The notes beneath the pieces were generated by a model. It was not told the origin of the DNA. It did not search any database and saw nothing but the letters and a program-made list of their open reading frames with translations. This document shows positions 46,846 through 56,764 of a stretch of DNA of 64,000 bases, one piece after another. The stretch lies in the IMG/VR virus record IMGVR_UViG_3300035659_000001; one strand, written 5' to 3'. Source of the stretch: a virus (lineage: Duplodnaviria > Heunggongvirae > Uroviricota > Caudoviricetes). How positions within the stretch are numbered: the stretch's first letter is position 1; each line of letters opens with the position of its first letter. The position numbers and the translations under genes were made by a program.

Positions 46846-47763
46846 CTATGCAAAGATAGCAACAAACTCGTCGAATTTTTGAAGTTGCGAAGTAAATGAA
46901 TATGTTTTAAATAACTCCTTCAAATACAAAAAATTAGGCTTTGCTTGTTCAATTTCAAGATTAACGTCCATATCTAACTTGATAGTTACTAGTTGCTTTG
47001 CAAGTTTCAATATATCTTTTGACGAATTAATCTTTTGTTGTAAGTTGTCACTAACAGGTGCTTTCTTATCTTTCTTAAACTTATAATGTATATCATTATT
47101 TATAATATTATCTATATTACCGTTACATTGAATCAATTCTGCTGCAGTTTTTTTGCCTACACCATCAATACCTTCAATGTTATCAGACGAATCACCCGTT
47201 AATGACAACCAACTTACAAATAAATTTGGTGCTATTCCATATCTCTCTTTAACTTCATCAGGTGTAATCAATTTATCATCTTCTTGACCAGCACCAGGAT
47301 GTAGCACATGAACATTATTACTTACTAATTGATTAAAATCTTTATCACCAGAAATAATTAGTACTCTATAACCTTTTAATCGTGCTTGTTTCGTTAATAT
47401 ACCAATAAGATCATCTGCTTCAACATTTGCAGTTTGACATTGTAATACGCCCAGTGCTTTTAAAAATTCTTGAGTTATTCCAATTTGAAATAAATAATCA
47501 GGCGTTCTTGATATCCTATTAGCTTTATATGTTGAGCATAATGTGTTTCTAAAGCCTTTGCCTGGACCGTCCCAAACAACAATTAATTTATCGTTTTCTT
47601 GCTTAAGATCTTTATATATTTTTTTGATTGATTGAATGAAACCAAAAGCAGCACCAGTTAGAACTTCTTGACCATCAATAACAGCTCTCAAATGCTGAAA
47701 TGACGGCACATGAAAAGTTCTACTTAACAAATGACTAGCATCAACTAAAATAACTTTACTCAT
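46846..47763 (-). CDS. 5'-3' flap exonuclease / RNase H (FEN family; T4 rnh-like)
   Basis: 'ILVDASHLLSRTF', 'VVWDGPGKGFRNTLCSTYKANR', 'EADDLIG', 'ISGDKDFNQL', and a H3TH 'LTGDSSDNIEGIDGVGKKTA'. Confidence 0.8.
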   Translation of the reverse strand: MSKVILVDASHLLSRTFHVPSFQHLRAVIDGQEVLTGAAFGFIQSIKKIYKDLKQENDKLIVVWDGPGKGFRNTLCSTYKANRISRTPDYLFQIGITQEFLKALGVLQCQTANVEADDLIGILTKQARLKGYRVLIISGDKDFNQLVSNNVHVLHPGAGQEDDKLITPDEVKERYGIAPNLFVSWLSLTGDSSDNIEGIDGVGKKTAAELIQCNGNIDNIINNDIHYKFKKDKKAPVSDNLQQKINSSKDILKLAKQLVTIKLDMDVNLEIEQAKPNFLYLKELFKTYSFTSQLQKFDEFVAIFA

Positions 47764-48268
47764 TTTCTTTATCTTTTGCTTCTTTTGCTTTTAAAATTTT
47801 ATCAGCATCTTCTCCGTGTATACCATAACGTTGTAAAAGATATGAAAAATCTTGAACATCATGCTTTAGACATTTTCTGTAATCTTTTGAACCTTCATCA
47901 AAACCTTGTTCAGGTATATGCATCAGTTCATGTAAAATTAATAAATATTTTGCAGATTTTTCAATCATAACCCAATTTTCAAAATGAACTGTTAATATGT
48001 AATCAACATTAGAGAAAAATGCAAACATGGGTTTTAGACCATAAATTTTCGCTTGTATAGTTGATTTTTTCTTCGAAAATGAGATGTAGCCAATTTTATT
48101 TGGTCGTATTTGAGATAGAATTTCTGGATATAACTTAATAAGATCCATAACAATTGGAAAAATGTCTTCTTGCTTTTGCCACTTTGGTGTAGCAGGTTTT
48201 TGAGGCTTGTCTTCAATGTCATCTTTAACTTCTACAACATTGTCTTCAACATTTTGTGGTACTGGCAT
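47756..48268 (-). CDS. HExxH zinc-metallopeptidase-like protein
   Basis: 'LLILHELMHIPE' HEXXH motif. Small (170 aa), basic N-terminus. Confidence 0.4.
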   Translation of the reverse strand: MPVPQNVEDNVVEVKDDIEDKPQKPATPKWQKQEDIFPIVMDLIKLYPEILSQIRPNKIGYISFSKKKSTIQAKIYGLKPMFAFFSNVDYILTVHFENWVMIEKSAKYLLILHELMHIPEQGFDEGSKDYRKCLKHDVQDFSYLLQRYGIHGEDADKILKAKEAKDKENE

Positions 48269-48427
48269 AGAATTCTCCTCTTTTTAAAATGGCCCACTTG
48301 GATAGTTTTGAACTATCTAAATTGTAATACTATCGCGAATCGACATACAATCTAAACCCTCTGTAGAGTACAAGTGGTTATGATAATAGTATTATATACC
48401 GGAAATTATGATAAATTTATGAACGAT

Positions 48428-50044
48428 TTAAAATTTGCAGGCTTCGATAAACCAATCAGGTAGAATGTCTTTATTTTTCTTGATAAACCATTTTGCGCTA
48501 CTATCAAAAATATAAGCAGTTCCCCAATCTTCTTCTGATCTAAAAATTCTACCATAACTCTGTACTAATGTCAAACATGTCTGCCAAGTATACCAGTCTG
48601 GATCTATTTGCATTCTTCTAGCAATTTGTTTATCACCGATATAAAGATGAGGTATTTTAACAATCACTTCCCAACGAGCTAAATCATCTTTTAAATCGAG
48701 ACCTTCAGTCATTGATGGTGAAACTAATACACTTGCAGTTTTAGATGATAAAAATTTACTTAACATCTTCTCTCGCGACTCAGAATCATGAAATATTAAT
48801 CTATCATTGTTGCAATTATCTCTAATATAGTTGGCAATTTTATACGAGTGACAGTGAACAAGCCCGCGTTCTTCTCTATGATAATCTAAAGCTTTATTTA
48901 AATCAGTGACAATATTTGGTAGTGTTTCTTGAATCTTGTTTAGATTCATATATCCACTATTTGCAAAAAATATTTTTCTATTCTCTGCTGGAAACGTAGA
49001 CGGTGTTCGTACAAATTGAGCTTCGTCAGCGTTAATACCAAGACTTCTACAAAAGCTATTTTTATCTAAAATTGTCGCTGACAGATATATTCTATGTTCA
49101 CCGAGATTAAGTAATGAATCACCTGCAAATAGATTGATTGTTAATGGTCTAAATACTATTCTTTTCATTTTTAATTTTTCAGTTTTTTCAATAGTAAAAA
49201 TCCATTCAACATCATTTAGAGTATTTAGAAACTTGTTCATTCTTCTATACAGTCTATCAACTTCATCAATTTGTGACACTAACTCTGATGCTTCACCTGA
49301 TAATTTTTTAAATTGATGAGAATCTCTATTTAAATTAACTCTATAATTATTTAAATTATTTAATTCTTTAGTCTTGCTAACTAAAATATTACTAACAATA
49401 CTAACATTTTCTTTTATCCACTTATGATATTCATCTAATGTGTCGTATGAAGGAATGTTGACAGGATAGCCTACTCGCTTAAACATATATTCTGACAATA
49501 AAAACTCGATGAAATTTAAAACTTCTGATTCAATGCAGTGAGCTTCATCTAATATCAGTAATTTTCTTTTAGTAAACGTTTTTTTTGGATCACACTCAAC
49601 AACACTTAAAAGATATGCATAATTCATCATTGCAACTTGAGCACCAGCTGTTCTCATTTTAGCAATTTGATATAAGCAAGTGCCGTTTTTATAACAATCT
49701 TTTCTTGCTGATTCATAGCATTCATTACACATAGTGGGCGCTCCCAAAAATGTGCATTCATAATTTCCGCGACCTTTTAAAACTGATATTCTTGAATCTT
49801 CAGTGAAATCACGAACATATTGATCTTGAAGTATTTTTTGTGAAGTTAAGCAATATGCATTTGTTGACCATAAACCGCAAGCAATTGCAACAGGTGACTT
49901 ACCAGAACCTGTTGGCATTTCAATGATAATGTCTTTTATACCTTTATCAAAAAACTCTTGAATTTTTTCTATAGTTTCTTTTTGATGAAGTCTGTATGAT
50001 GAAAATGGAAAAAAATCAGTTATATTGTTATTAGGTTTTAACAT
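48428..50044 (-). CDS. SF2 DEAH helicase of the Rad3/XPD/DinG type with an FeS Cys cluster
   Basis: Walker A 'EMPTGSGKS', DEAH 'LILDEAHCIES', and four Cys in 'CTFLGAPTMCNECYESARKDCYKNGTC' between Walker A and B as in XPD/DinG. Motif VI 'QSYGRIFR'. Confidence 0.65.
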   Translation of the reverse strand: MLKPNNNITDFFPFSSYRLHQKETIEKIQEFFDKGIKDIIIEMPTGSGKSPVAIACGLWSTNAYCLTSQKILQDQYVRDFTEDSRISVLKGRGNYECTFLGAPTMCNECYESARKDCYKNGTCLYQIAKMRTAGAQVAMMNYAYLLSVVECDPKKTFTKRKLLILDEAHCIESEVLNFIEFLLSEYMFKRVGYPVNIPSYDTLDEYHKWIKENVSIVSNILVSKTKELNNLNNYRVNLNRDSHQFKKLSGEASELVSQIDEVDRLYRRMNKFLNTLNDVEWIFTIEKTEKLKMKRIVFRPLTINLFAGDSLLNLGEHRIYLSATILDKNSFCRSLGINADEAQFVRTPSTFPAENRKIFFANSGYMNLNKIQETLPNIVTDLNKALDYHREERGLVHCHSYKIANYIRDNCNNDRLIFHDSESREKMLSKFLSSKTASVLVSPSMTEGLDLKDDLARWEVIVKIPHLYIGDKQIARRMQIDPDWYTWQTCLTLVQSYGRIFRSEEDWGTAYIFDSSAKWFIKKNKDILPDWFIEACKF

Positions 50045-50099
50045 AAATTATGCACTATAATTATACCTTTTAAAAGTCTCATATCACAAAAACCTGTAT

Positions 50100-50270
50100 T
50101 CATGACATTACATGACGACGATCTTTCATTTCATATATCTCATTGTCTTTTTCCTGTATTTCTTTCTTTGCATTGTCTAGTGCAATTTCTTTTTCACATA
50201 AAGGACAATCAAAGACATGGTCGGGGTATGTCACTGCTGTCCCATTTTCATGTCGATCACAACTTCTCAT
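50100..50270 (-). CDS. small zinc-ribbon protein (56 aa)
   Basis: 'MRSCDRHENGTAVTYPDHVFDCPLCEKEIALDN...'. Start overlaps the upstream stop in ATGA. Below the ORF-track cutoff. Confidence 0.3.
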   Translation of the reverse strand: MRSCDRHENGTAVTYPDHVFDCPLCEKEIALDNAKKEIQEKDNEIYEMKDRRHVMS

Positions 50271-51388
50271 AAAAAAATCCTTTTGTTAATTTGTACTATA
50301 CTATTAAATTTTTTCATAACATTTTTAATATCAAATGGTTCTAACTTTTCAATATGCTCATCTAATATTTGCTGTTTTTTAGTATTTGACAAGCTCAATA
50401 ACATTTCAATTGCTTGAACTAAATCATAAGCGTCAGAAGCTATTAGTGATTTATTGATAAACTTATCAATTCCTTTTTGTTCAGCTAAACCAATTGCAAG
50501 CACGCCGTTTGCGGTCGTCTCATGTATTCTTTGAGTTATGTGACCGTGTTCAGCATAATTCTTTTTACATAACAAAACTGACGACAAACAGTGTCTATAA
50601 ACTTTATGCATGTCCTTAGGTAATATTCTATCTCTAAATAATACACGTGGGAAGTTTATGCTATTTCTATTTGCTACGTCAGGATATTTTAACCAATTGC
50701 CTACAAATATTGTTTGAAATGGATATTTAACTGAAAAAGGATTAATGAATCTATAAAGTTGATCGTCTCTTTCATATTGCGAACCAACATATCCAATCAA
50801 ATAATCAAAATCTTTATTAACTTTAGTTCCTCTAATTTGTTCTAAATTACAAGGAAATAGTAAAGTCTCTCTGGGATATAATTGATCTATAAGAGGATAT
50901 AATGCAGGAGAAATGATTATAGGTTTATTGACAAAACATTTAAAAATTTTATAATCTTCTTCTATTATTTTTTCATCTTTGTCCCAAATTAATATCTGTG
51001 TATTTGTTAAACCATAATGTGACAATAAATCCATTTGTCTATCATAATCAGGTGTATAAGCAGCGCTTGACTTATCAACATCAAAATTTCTTTTGAGTAT
51101 TTTCCATCGCCATTCTAAAAATAAGATATTTATTTGCGGATATCCAGTATCATACTGTATTTTGCATAATGTTTGTTTTTGATTATCTAAATAATGTCTA
51201 TTTGTGTCAAACAATGGTTGATTAAACTTATTTACATCTCTATTTTGTTGAAGCCAAATTATAGTATAGTTATCATCAATTAAATTTTCTATGAATAATG
51301 ATCTAGTAAGTCGACCACCATCAGGTGAATCATTTTGACCATCGCCAACAAATCCCCAAGCTGAATAACCGATCTTAATATTTTTCAT
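50267..51388 (-). CDS. GT-B glycosyltransferase resembling T4 DNA beta-glucosyltransferase (GT63-like)
   Basis: 'IGYVGSQYERDDQLYRFINP...IFVGNW' parallels BGT 'VIYGGSFRSGQRESKMVEF...EFFGN'. 'HGHITQRIHETTANGVLAIGLAEQ' parallels 'DNFITLRVWETMASDAVMLIDEEF'. Genomic context with gp42-like. Confidence 0.5.
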   Translation of the reverse strand: MKNIKIGYSAWGFVGDGQNDSPDGGRLTRSLFIENLIDDNYTIIWLQQNRDVNKFNQPLFDTNRHYLDNQKQTLCKIQYDTGYPQINILFLEWRWKILKRNFDVDKSSAAYTPDYDRQMDLLSHYGLTNTQILIWDKDEKIIEEDYKIFKCFVNKPIIISPALYPLIDQLYPRETLLFPCNLEQIRGTKVNKDFDYLIGYVGSQYERDDQLYRFINPFSVKYPFQTIFVGNWLKYPDVANRNSINFPRVLFRDRILPKDMHKVYRHCLSSVLLCKKNYAEHGHITQRIHETTANGVLAIGLAEQKGIDKFINKSLIASDAYDLVQAIEMLLSLSNTKKQQILDEHIEKLEPFDIKNVMKKFNSIVQINKRIFL

Positions 51389-51442
51389 AGTTAGTAAAAG
51401 TCTTTTTCATATTAGTATAATCAGTCATTGTTTCAATGATTC

Positions 51443-51967
51443 TTAATAACTTTCACTTTCAATTCTTCTTGCGTTCTTTGCATTTTTTTCAATGAAAGCT
51501 GTAGTAAGCTCTTGTGGTGTAACGTTCCAAACAATACATAGATTTATGAAGAAATGAAGTATGTCAGCCAATTCATCTTTAATATTGTCTACGTTAATAG
51601 TCTTTTTAACTTTTTTGTGTGATTTGAAATTTGTTTCACGTAATAATTCATGAGTTTCTTCTAGAAGATATAAAACCATGTCTTTTGTATATTCTTCTCT
51701 TTTATCTATCGTCATATTCGAAAAAATATAACCTAAAGACTGTTGTATTTTATTTTGCAATTCAAAAAATAACGTTAAGCTATCAACATTAATGTTTATT
51801 ATCGGTTCTTCAAAATCTTTAGATTCAACAGACTTTAATGAATATGCTTTATTTAAATAATAAATTAAAACAAAAATCACTATTAATAAGAGTATAATAA
51901 ATAAAGATTGTGCTTGTATCAATTGTATTATAGAATTCATAATTACATCTTTTTCATAAAAAGTCAA
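51443..51967 (-). CDS. MazG-like all-alpha NTP pyrophosphohydrolase (candidate dCTPase/dUTPase, T4 gp56 analog) with an N-terminal TM helix
   Basis: 'LLEETHELLRE' and 'DELADILHFFINL' divalent-cation-binding motifs of the MazG/HisE family. Confidence 0.5.
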   Translation of the reverse strand: MTFYEKDVIMNSIIQLIQAQSLFIILLLIVIFVLIYYLNKAYSLKSVESKDFEEPIININVDSLTLFFELQNKIQQSLGYIFSNMTIDKREEYTKDMVLYLLEETHELLRETNFKSHKKVKKTINVDNIKDELADILHFFINLCIVWNVTPQELTTAFIEKNAKNARRIESESY

Positions 51968-52008
51968 TCATTTCACTCGGAATTGTTTTCAATTGCAAAA
52001 ACCATACC

Positions 52009-52545
52009 CTAAGCAACTTTGATGTCTTCAACTTTTATGTTAGTATAAATTGCTCTATTGAAAATTTGAATTTCTAATCGTAAACTATTAACATCAACTA
52101 TTTCAATTATTCTTCCTGATAAGCCCTTACAATGACCACCCAATATTTCAACTACATCATTAACTTTGTATTTAAAAGCACTGTGAATCTTGTTATCAGC
52201 TGCAATAGCTTTCACAATATCCATGTCTTCTTGACTAATTGGCAGCGGTTTTTTGTAGCCTAAAAATTTTATGACAAAGTTGATTTCATTTAAGATGTGA
52301 GATTGAAGTTCTTCTAATAAATTAGCTCTAATAAATAGATATGATGAATAGACTGGAACATTTCGAACAATTTTTTTTCGTCTTATTTCAGATATTTCTT
52401 TAACAGTCGGTAACAATACTTCATAAATCATACCACTATTTACAAATAGTTCAAGATTATTTTTAATCACAAATTCTTTGTCTTGTACAACAAATAGAAC
52501 ATACCAATTAACATTTTTAAGGCATTTATTTTCATTTAAATTCAT
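52009..52545 (-). CDS. NusG/Spt5-like transcription factor (NGN + KOW)
   Basis: N-terminus 'WYVLFVVQDKEFVIKNNLE' (NGN). C-terminus 'VNDVVEILGGHCKGLSGRIIEIVDVNSLRLEIQIFNRAIYTNIKVEDI' (KOW-like). Confidence 0.5.
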   Translation of the reverse strand: MNLNENKCLKNVNWYVLFVVQDKEFVIKNNLELFVNSGMIYEVLLPTVKEISEIRRKKIVRNVPVYSSYLFIRANLLEELQSHILNEINFVIKFLGYKKPLPISQEDMDIVKAIAADNKIHSAFKYKVNDVVEILGGHCKGLSGRIIEIVDVNSLRLEIQIFNRAIYTNIKVEDIKVA

Positions 52546-52686
52546 TTATCAATGATCTCCTATGAAATAAACTAAAAACTTTGAATTTTTTCAAAGAAAC
52601 CCTTACCTCAATTAAGATTTTTTACTTGTTTATGCAACTCTTTCTAATTTTTAATATCTACTAAATTAATAGCATAATTTACAAGA

Positions 52687-53430
52687 TTATACATTTGGTA
52701 AGTTAAACTCTTTAATAGTTTCATTTTTTATTCTTTTTAAAACGCGTGCAATTTTTCGTCTTTTACTAGCTGATATTGTAGGCTCTGATTTATTATATTT
52801 TATAGCTAACTCTTTTCCTGACACTAAACCTTGAATATCATCTCTGATAAACACATCCCATTGCATGGGTGTTAAATATAATTTGCATTTGTCAAGTATA
52901 TATTCTGCTAATATTTCTTCATTTTCAGATATGTCGTCATGAGGTTCAGTTATTACTTCCATTAGTGTTAATGATTTGTCATCATTACCAATAGATTTTG
53001 AAAGACTGTCAGTAAATAGATGAGGACTTAATCTTTTTATAATAGTTTTATTGTCTTTTGTTTCAATAACTTCAATTGTTCTTTTCTTTTTCCGTAATTC
53101 GACAATTACTCTATTAACAGTTTTTTCAAGAGCTGTATACATGTACGTTGAAAATTTTACTTGATAGCTAAAATCAAATTTTTCTGATACAGCTTTATAT
53201 AAACAACATAAGCATCTTTGACATAAGTCATCTTCATCGTAAATATCAAAACCATTTTTAAACTTTGATATTCTCCATTTAACATATTTTTTAATTGTAA
53301 CTTGCCAAGAATTTTTACCTTCATCTCTTGGTAGTGCAAGAACTTGATTAAAAATCTTGCTCTTTTGTGCATCAGATGTACCTGGCTCTCGATACTTTAT
53401 AATCAACTGCTCATCAAAAGATGAATTCAT
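52687..53430 (-). CDS. RNA polymerase sigma factor (sigma-70 family, regions 2 and 4)
   Basis: Region 2-like 'FSTYMYTALEKTVNRVI'. Region 4 HTH 'LTPMQWDVFIRDDIQGLVSGKELAIKYNKSEPTISASKRR'. Confidence 0.55.
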   Translation of the reverse strand: MNSSFDEQLIIKYREPGTSDAQKSKIFNQVLALPRDEGKNSWQVTIKKYVKWRISKFKNGFDIYDEDDLCQRCLCCLYKAVSEKFDFSYQVKFSTYMYTALEKTVNRVIVELRKKKRTIEVIETKDNKTIIKRLSPHLFTDSLSKSIGNDDKSLTLMEVITEPHDDISENEEILAEYILDKCKLYLTPMQWDVFIRDDIQGLVSGKELAIKYNKSEPTISASKRRKIARVLKRIKNETIKEFNLPNV

Positions 53431-53509
53431 AATATTTACTCCATTAAAACTAATAAGATAGCATAAATATAAATAAGATTCGAGTAATGTTCAAATTAAA
53501 AAATAAATA

Positions 53510-54658
53510 TTATCTTAATAAATCGATGTTATTTATTGCGTTATCAAAATATTGTTTAAATTCTTCGTGTGAGCATTCATCTGGATCTTTATTTGGTGGT
53601 AAAACAATGTTGCAAACATCAACATTTCTACTTAAATTGCTTATTATCATTCTAGCTGCTTCTTGACCGGCATTTTTATCATTTTTATCGTCATTATCTA
53701 ATGCTAAATAAACTTGGTCAAATGTTGCTAATATTAAGGCTTTATTTTGTTCACTTAATTTTGTTCCACACAAAGCAACACTATTAAATTTCCACACAAA
53801 TAGTCTCATACAATCAAATACACCTTCAACAAGTATAACATAATCACTATTTTTTTTAGCATTGTCAAAGTTAAATAGCAATGTTTTAATAGATGAACCA
53901 TAAATTATATTCTTAATTTCTTCGTTTTCATCTAATACTGGAGGATATAATATTTTTTTACATTCGTATTTAATTTTAAGATCTGCTAGTTCTGTAACAG
54001 TAAGTTTATCTTTTTTTGCTTGCTTTAAAAGCTTAAGCCACTTATTTGCTTTGCCTGACATGTCACGAGCAGCAAATGATAATACTTCATTATTCATTGT
54101 GATTGGTACTATTAATCTATCTTTATAGTAACCAGAAGCAGCATATTTGAGGTTCCATAAATGTATCATAGATCTACTAATACGTTTTCTTATTTTTATG
54201 AAATGTTTTTCTGCATCTTCAAATTCTAGATATTTCGAAAAATCAATAATTGTTTTTTTACATTGCTTATCAGTTTCAACGTCGTCATTTTGCAATTCAC
54301 TTATTTCATTTAACAATGCATCAATATGACTTTCACTTCCTTCATAGCCAACCATACTTTTTACAAATTCAACTGCATCATCAAATGTAGATAAATTTTC
54401 TAATTCTTTTACTAATGAAAAAAAATTTCGTCCACCACATACAAAACAATTATAAACGCCATTCTTAATATTAAAACCAGCAGACGGAGAAGAATCTCTA
54501 TGCCCAGGCAAAATACATTGCATTTTAAACCAATTACCAAATTTACTATCGATTTTTACATTATAGTGCTTAAAAAAATTTTGTACGTCAACTTTTTGAT
54601 ATATATTTTGTAATTCGACTTTACTGTACATAATTCTTATTATATACTTATTTAACAC
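53510..54658 (-). CDS. DNA primase (DnaG/T4 gp61 type: zinc-binding domain + TOPRIM)
   Basis: 'CILPGHRDSSPSAGFNIKNGVYNCFVCGGRNFFSL' matches the primase CHC2 zinc finger. TOPRIM 'VILVEGVFDCMRL' and 'DNDDKNDKNAGQ'. Confidence 0.8.
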   Translation of the reverse strand: MLNKYIIRIMYSKVELQNIYQKVDVQNFFKHYNVKIDSKFGNWFKMQCILPGHRDSSPSAGFNIKNGVYNCFVCGGRNFFSLVKELENLSTFDDAVEFVKSMVGYEGSESHIDALLNEISELQNDDVETDKQCKKTIIDFSKYLEFEDAEKHFIKIRKRISRSMIHLWNLKYAASGYYKDRLIVPITMNNEVLSFAARDMSGKANKWLKLLKQAKKDKLTVTELADLKIKYECKKILYPPVLDENEEIKNIIYGSSIKTLLFNFDNAKKNSDYVILVEGVFDCMRLFVWKFNSVALCGTKLSEQNKALILATFDQVYLALDNDDKNDKNAGQEAARMIISNLSRNVDVCNIVLPPNKDPDECSHEEFKQYFDNAINNIDLLR

Positions 54659-54670
54659 AATGATTTATGC

Positions 54671-54702
54671 AAAAAAAAGGTAGTTAACTACCTACCTTTT
54701 TG
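54671..54702. terminator. Bidirectional rho-independent terminator
   Basis: AAAAAAAA-GGTAG-ttaactac-CTACC-TTTTT, with an A8 run on one side and a T5 run on the other. Confidence 0.6.
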
Positions 54703-54737
54703 AATATATTAAAATTGATTAAAGACAAATAAATTTT

Positions 54738-55061
54738 TTATACATCAGCAATGCTTGTCATATAATCTATGTCTCTTATACGTTTAAGCTTAATGTAAGC
54801 GTACACTTGTTTAATTGGATTCGTATTTGCATTATCAAGTGTCATTGTTGATAAAAATTTATCAAAATCATCGCCTTTAATATCACATTGAAACGACATT
54901 ACAGACTTTTTATTTTCTTTTCTTGCATCAGCATCTTTATAGATTGATAATTCAAAAACTGCTCTTTTTTCACGTAACCAAAAAATTAGCATTGTCACTT
55001 TATGATACGCATTACTTAATTCAATACCATTTGGTAAAGAAATCGCTTTCTGAATAGCCAT
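54738..55061 (-). CDS. hypothetical protein
   Basis: ORF with RBS 'ttaggaggaaac' upstream of the ATG. Confidence 0.4.
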   Translation of the reverse strand: MAIQKAISLPNGIELSNAYHKVTMLIFWLREKRAVFELSIYKDADARKENKKSVMSFQCDIKGDDFDKFLSTMTLDNANTNPIKQVYAYIKLKRIRDIDYMTSIADV

Positions 55062-55070
55062 TGTTTCCTC

Positions 55071-55262
55071 CTAATTGTTAACATTGCTATTATAATCTTC
55101 ACTACTGACTTCATCAATATCAACATTATCTTCTACACTACATTCATCACAAATTCCATCATGTGTCAAATAACAATCATCACACATTATTTCTTCACAT
55201 GAGTCACAAGTTTGCTCATCAACAAAACCAACATTTTCACCACAACAAACACATACTGACAT
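55071..55262 (-). CDS. Cys-rich small acidic protein (zinc-ribbon-like)
   Basis: 'CVCCGEN...CDSCEEIMCDDC...CDEC'. Confidence 0.35.
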   Translation of the reverse strand: MSVCVCCGENVGFVDEQTCDSCEEIMCDDCYLTHDGICDECSVEDNVDIDEVSSEDYNSNVNN

Positions 55263-55320
55263 AATTACTCACTCCGCTGTTTTTTAATTTAACATAATTT
55301 TACGAATAATAAAACAAAAA

Positions 55321-55572
55321 TCAATAAACTATTTTATCATCAAACTCATCATTTTCAATTTCATTAAAATCAATTTCATCTTCATTAATTTCTTCTTCTA
55401 TAACAGCACCAATATCAAAAGCAATTAATACATCCTGATCAGAATGAAAAACTTTAATATCTTCATTATCAATATCATAAAAATTATCTTCAAAACTAAA
55501 AACAACGTCTTTATCAATACCATATATGTCAATAAACTGACAAATCTTATTCTGCAAGTCTCCTAAATTCAT
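55321..55572 (-). CDS. small highly acidic protein
   Basis: Asp/Glu-rich 83-aa ORF. Confidence 0.3.
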   Translation of the reverse strand: MNLGDLQNKICQFIDIYGIDKDVVFSFEDNFYDIDNEDIKVFHSDQDVLIAFDIGAVIEEEINEDEIDFNEIENDEFDDKIVY

Positions 55573-55613
55573 AATAATCCTTTCTTGATTTAATTTTTCA
55601 TCAATTTTACTTT

Positions 55614-56702
55614 TTAAAATATTCTAAAAATCTCTCTATTATTTTCAACACCTATCTTTTCATAATTAATATGTTTTGTTTGCTCACAAATAAATCTAAC
55701 AAAACTTTGTGGATCATAATTAATGTAAGCATCTTTCATTTGACCGTCATCATGGTCATGCGTCTGAACAAACATTTCTTTCATTTTAATACTATTCAAA
55801 AATCGTTTAAACATTATAAAACTAGATTCAAATTTTAAAAAATGATGAAATACGTTTAGAGCTAATATAACATCAAAACTAGTATTTTGCAAATTAAATA
55901 TTGAAATATTCATTGCAGTAAAAGATCGACTTCTGGCTATTCTAATCTTTTCTAAATAATCAAAATATTTTGTTTGAATTTCAACAGCTGTGCACTTAAA
56001 ACCATCATCTTCAAATTTATGACAAAAATATCCAAATAATGATCCAATATCTAGTAATGTACCACTTTTAGTTTGCATTGATTTCTTTATTACATCATAC
56101 CTATAAGCTGTCCATATTGAAGTTAATTCACTAAACTCAATATGCTCAATTGGCTGATATATCTCACCTCTATGATCAATCTGCCATTCTTTTTTAACAA
56201 ATGACAATATATCATTATAAAAATCTACCCACAGCTTGTGTCTCAAACCTACACGAATTGGAATTGACTTCACATTCAAAATTCTAGCAATCGCTAATCT
56301 ATGCCAACCATTAAGTAATATTAACTGACCATGTCTAGTAATCGCAACAACAATTTCATCTCCAAACTTATTGTCAGGATTATAAATGAAAATATTTTTA
56401 GCAAATAACACACGTTGATCTTTAAAACCATTTGCTTTAATATCTTCAAACGTTTGTCTTAAAGTATTCTTTCTAATTTGTCGTTCTTCTACAGGTCGAT
56501 CATTATAAATTTTATCATCTTTATTATTTAACAAAAAATCGCACGTTTGCTGATATACTTCAAATTTTTCAAATTCATTCTGATTAAGATCCCAATCACC
56601 ATCAATTACATTATTCAAATTTTCAAATAAAACTATGTGCGTGACGCCCATTTTAATTTCATTTGGATTTATCCAGAATACTTTGTACCAATCAAATTGC
56701 AT
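55614..56702 (-). CDS. ParB-like nuclease (ParB/Srx) domain fused to a class I SAM-dependent methyltransferase
   Basis: 'AITRHGQLILLNGWHRLAIA' (ParB/sulfiredoxin GxxR/HRxxA box). C-terminal motif I 'LLDIGSLFGYFC', 'CTAVEIQ', 'VILALNVFHH'. Confidence 0.6.
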   Translation of the reverse strand: MQFDWYKVFWINPNEIKMGVTHIVLFENLNNVIDGDWDLNQNEFEKFEVYQQTCDFLLNNKDDKIYNDRPVEERQIRKNTLRQTFEDIKANGFKDQRVLFAKNIFIYNPDNKFGDEIVVAITRHGQLILLNGWHRLAIARILNVKSIPIRVGLRHKLWVDFYNDILSFVKKEWQIDHRGEIYQPIEHIEFSELTSIWTAYRYDVIKKSMQTKSGTLLDIGSLFGYFCHKFEDDGFKCTAVEIQTKYFDYLEKIRIARSRSFTAMNISIFNLQNTSFDVILALNVFHHFLKFESSFIMFKRFLNSIKMKEMFVQTHDHDDGQMKDAYINYDPQSFVRFICEQTKHINYEKIGVENNREIFRIF

Positions 56703-56764
56703 AATTATTCCTCGTAAATACTTTTAAGTAAAATAATTAAATCATTATACAATATAATTAATTT

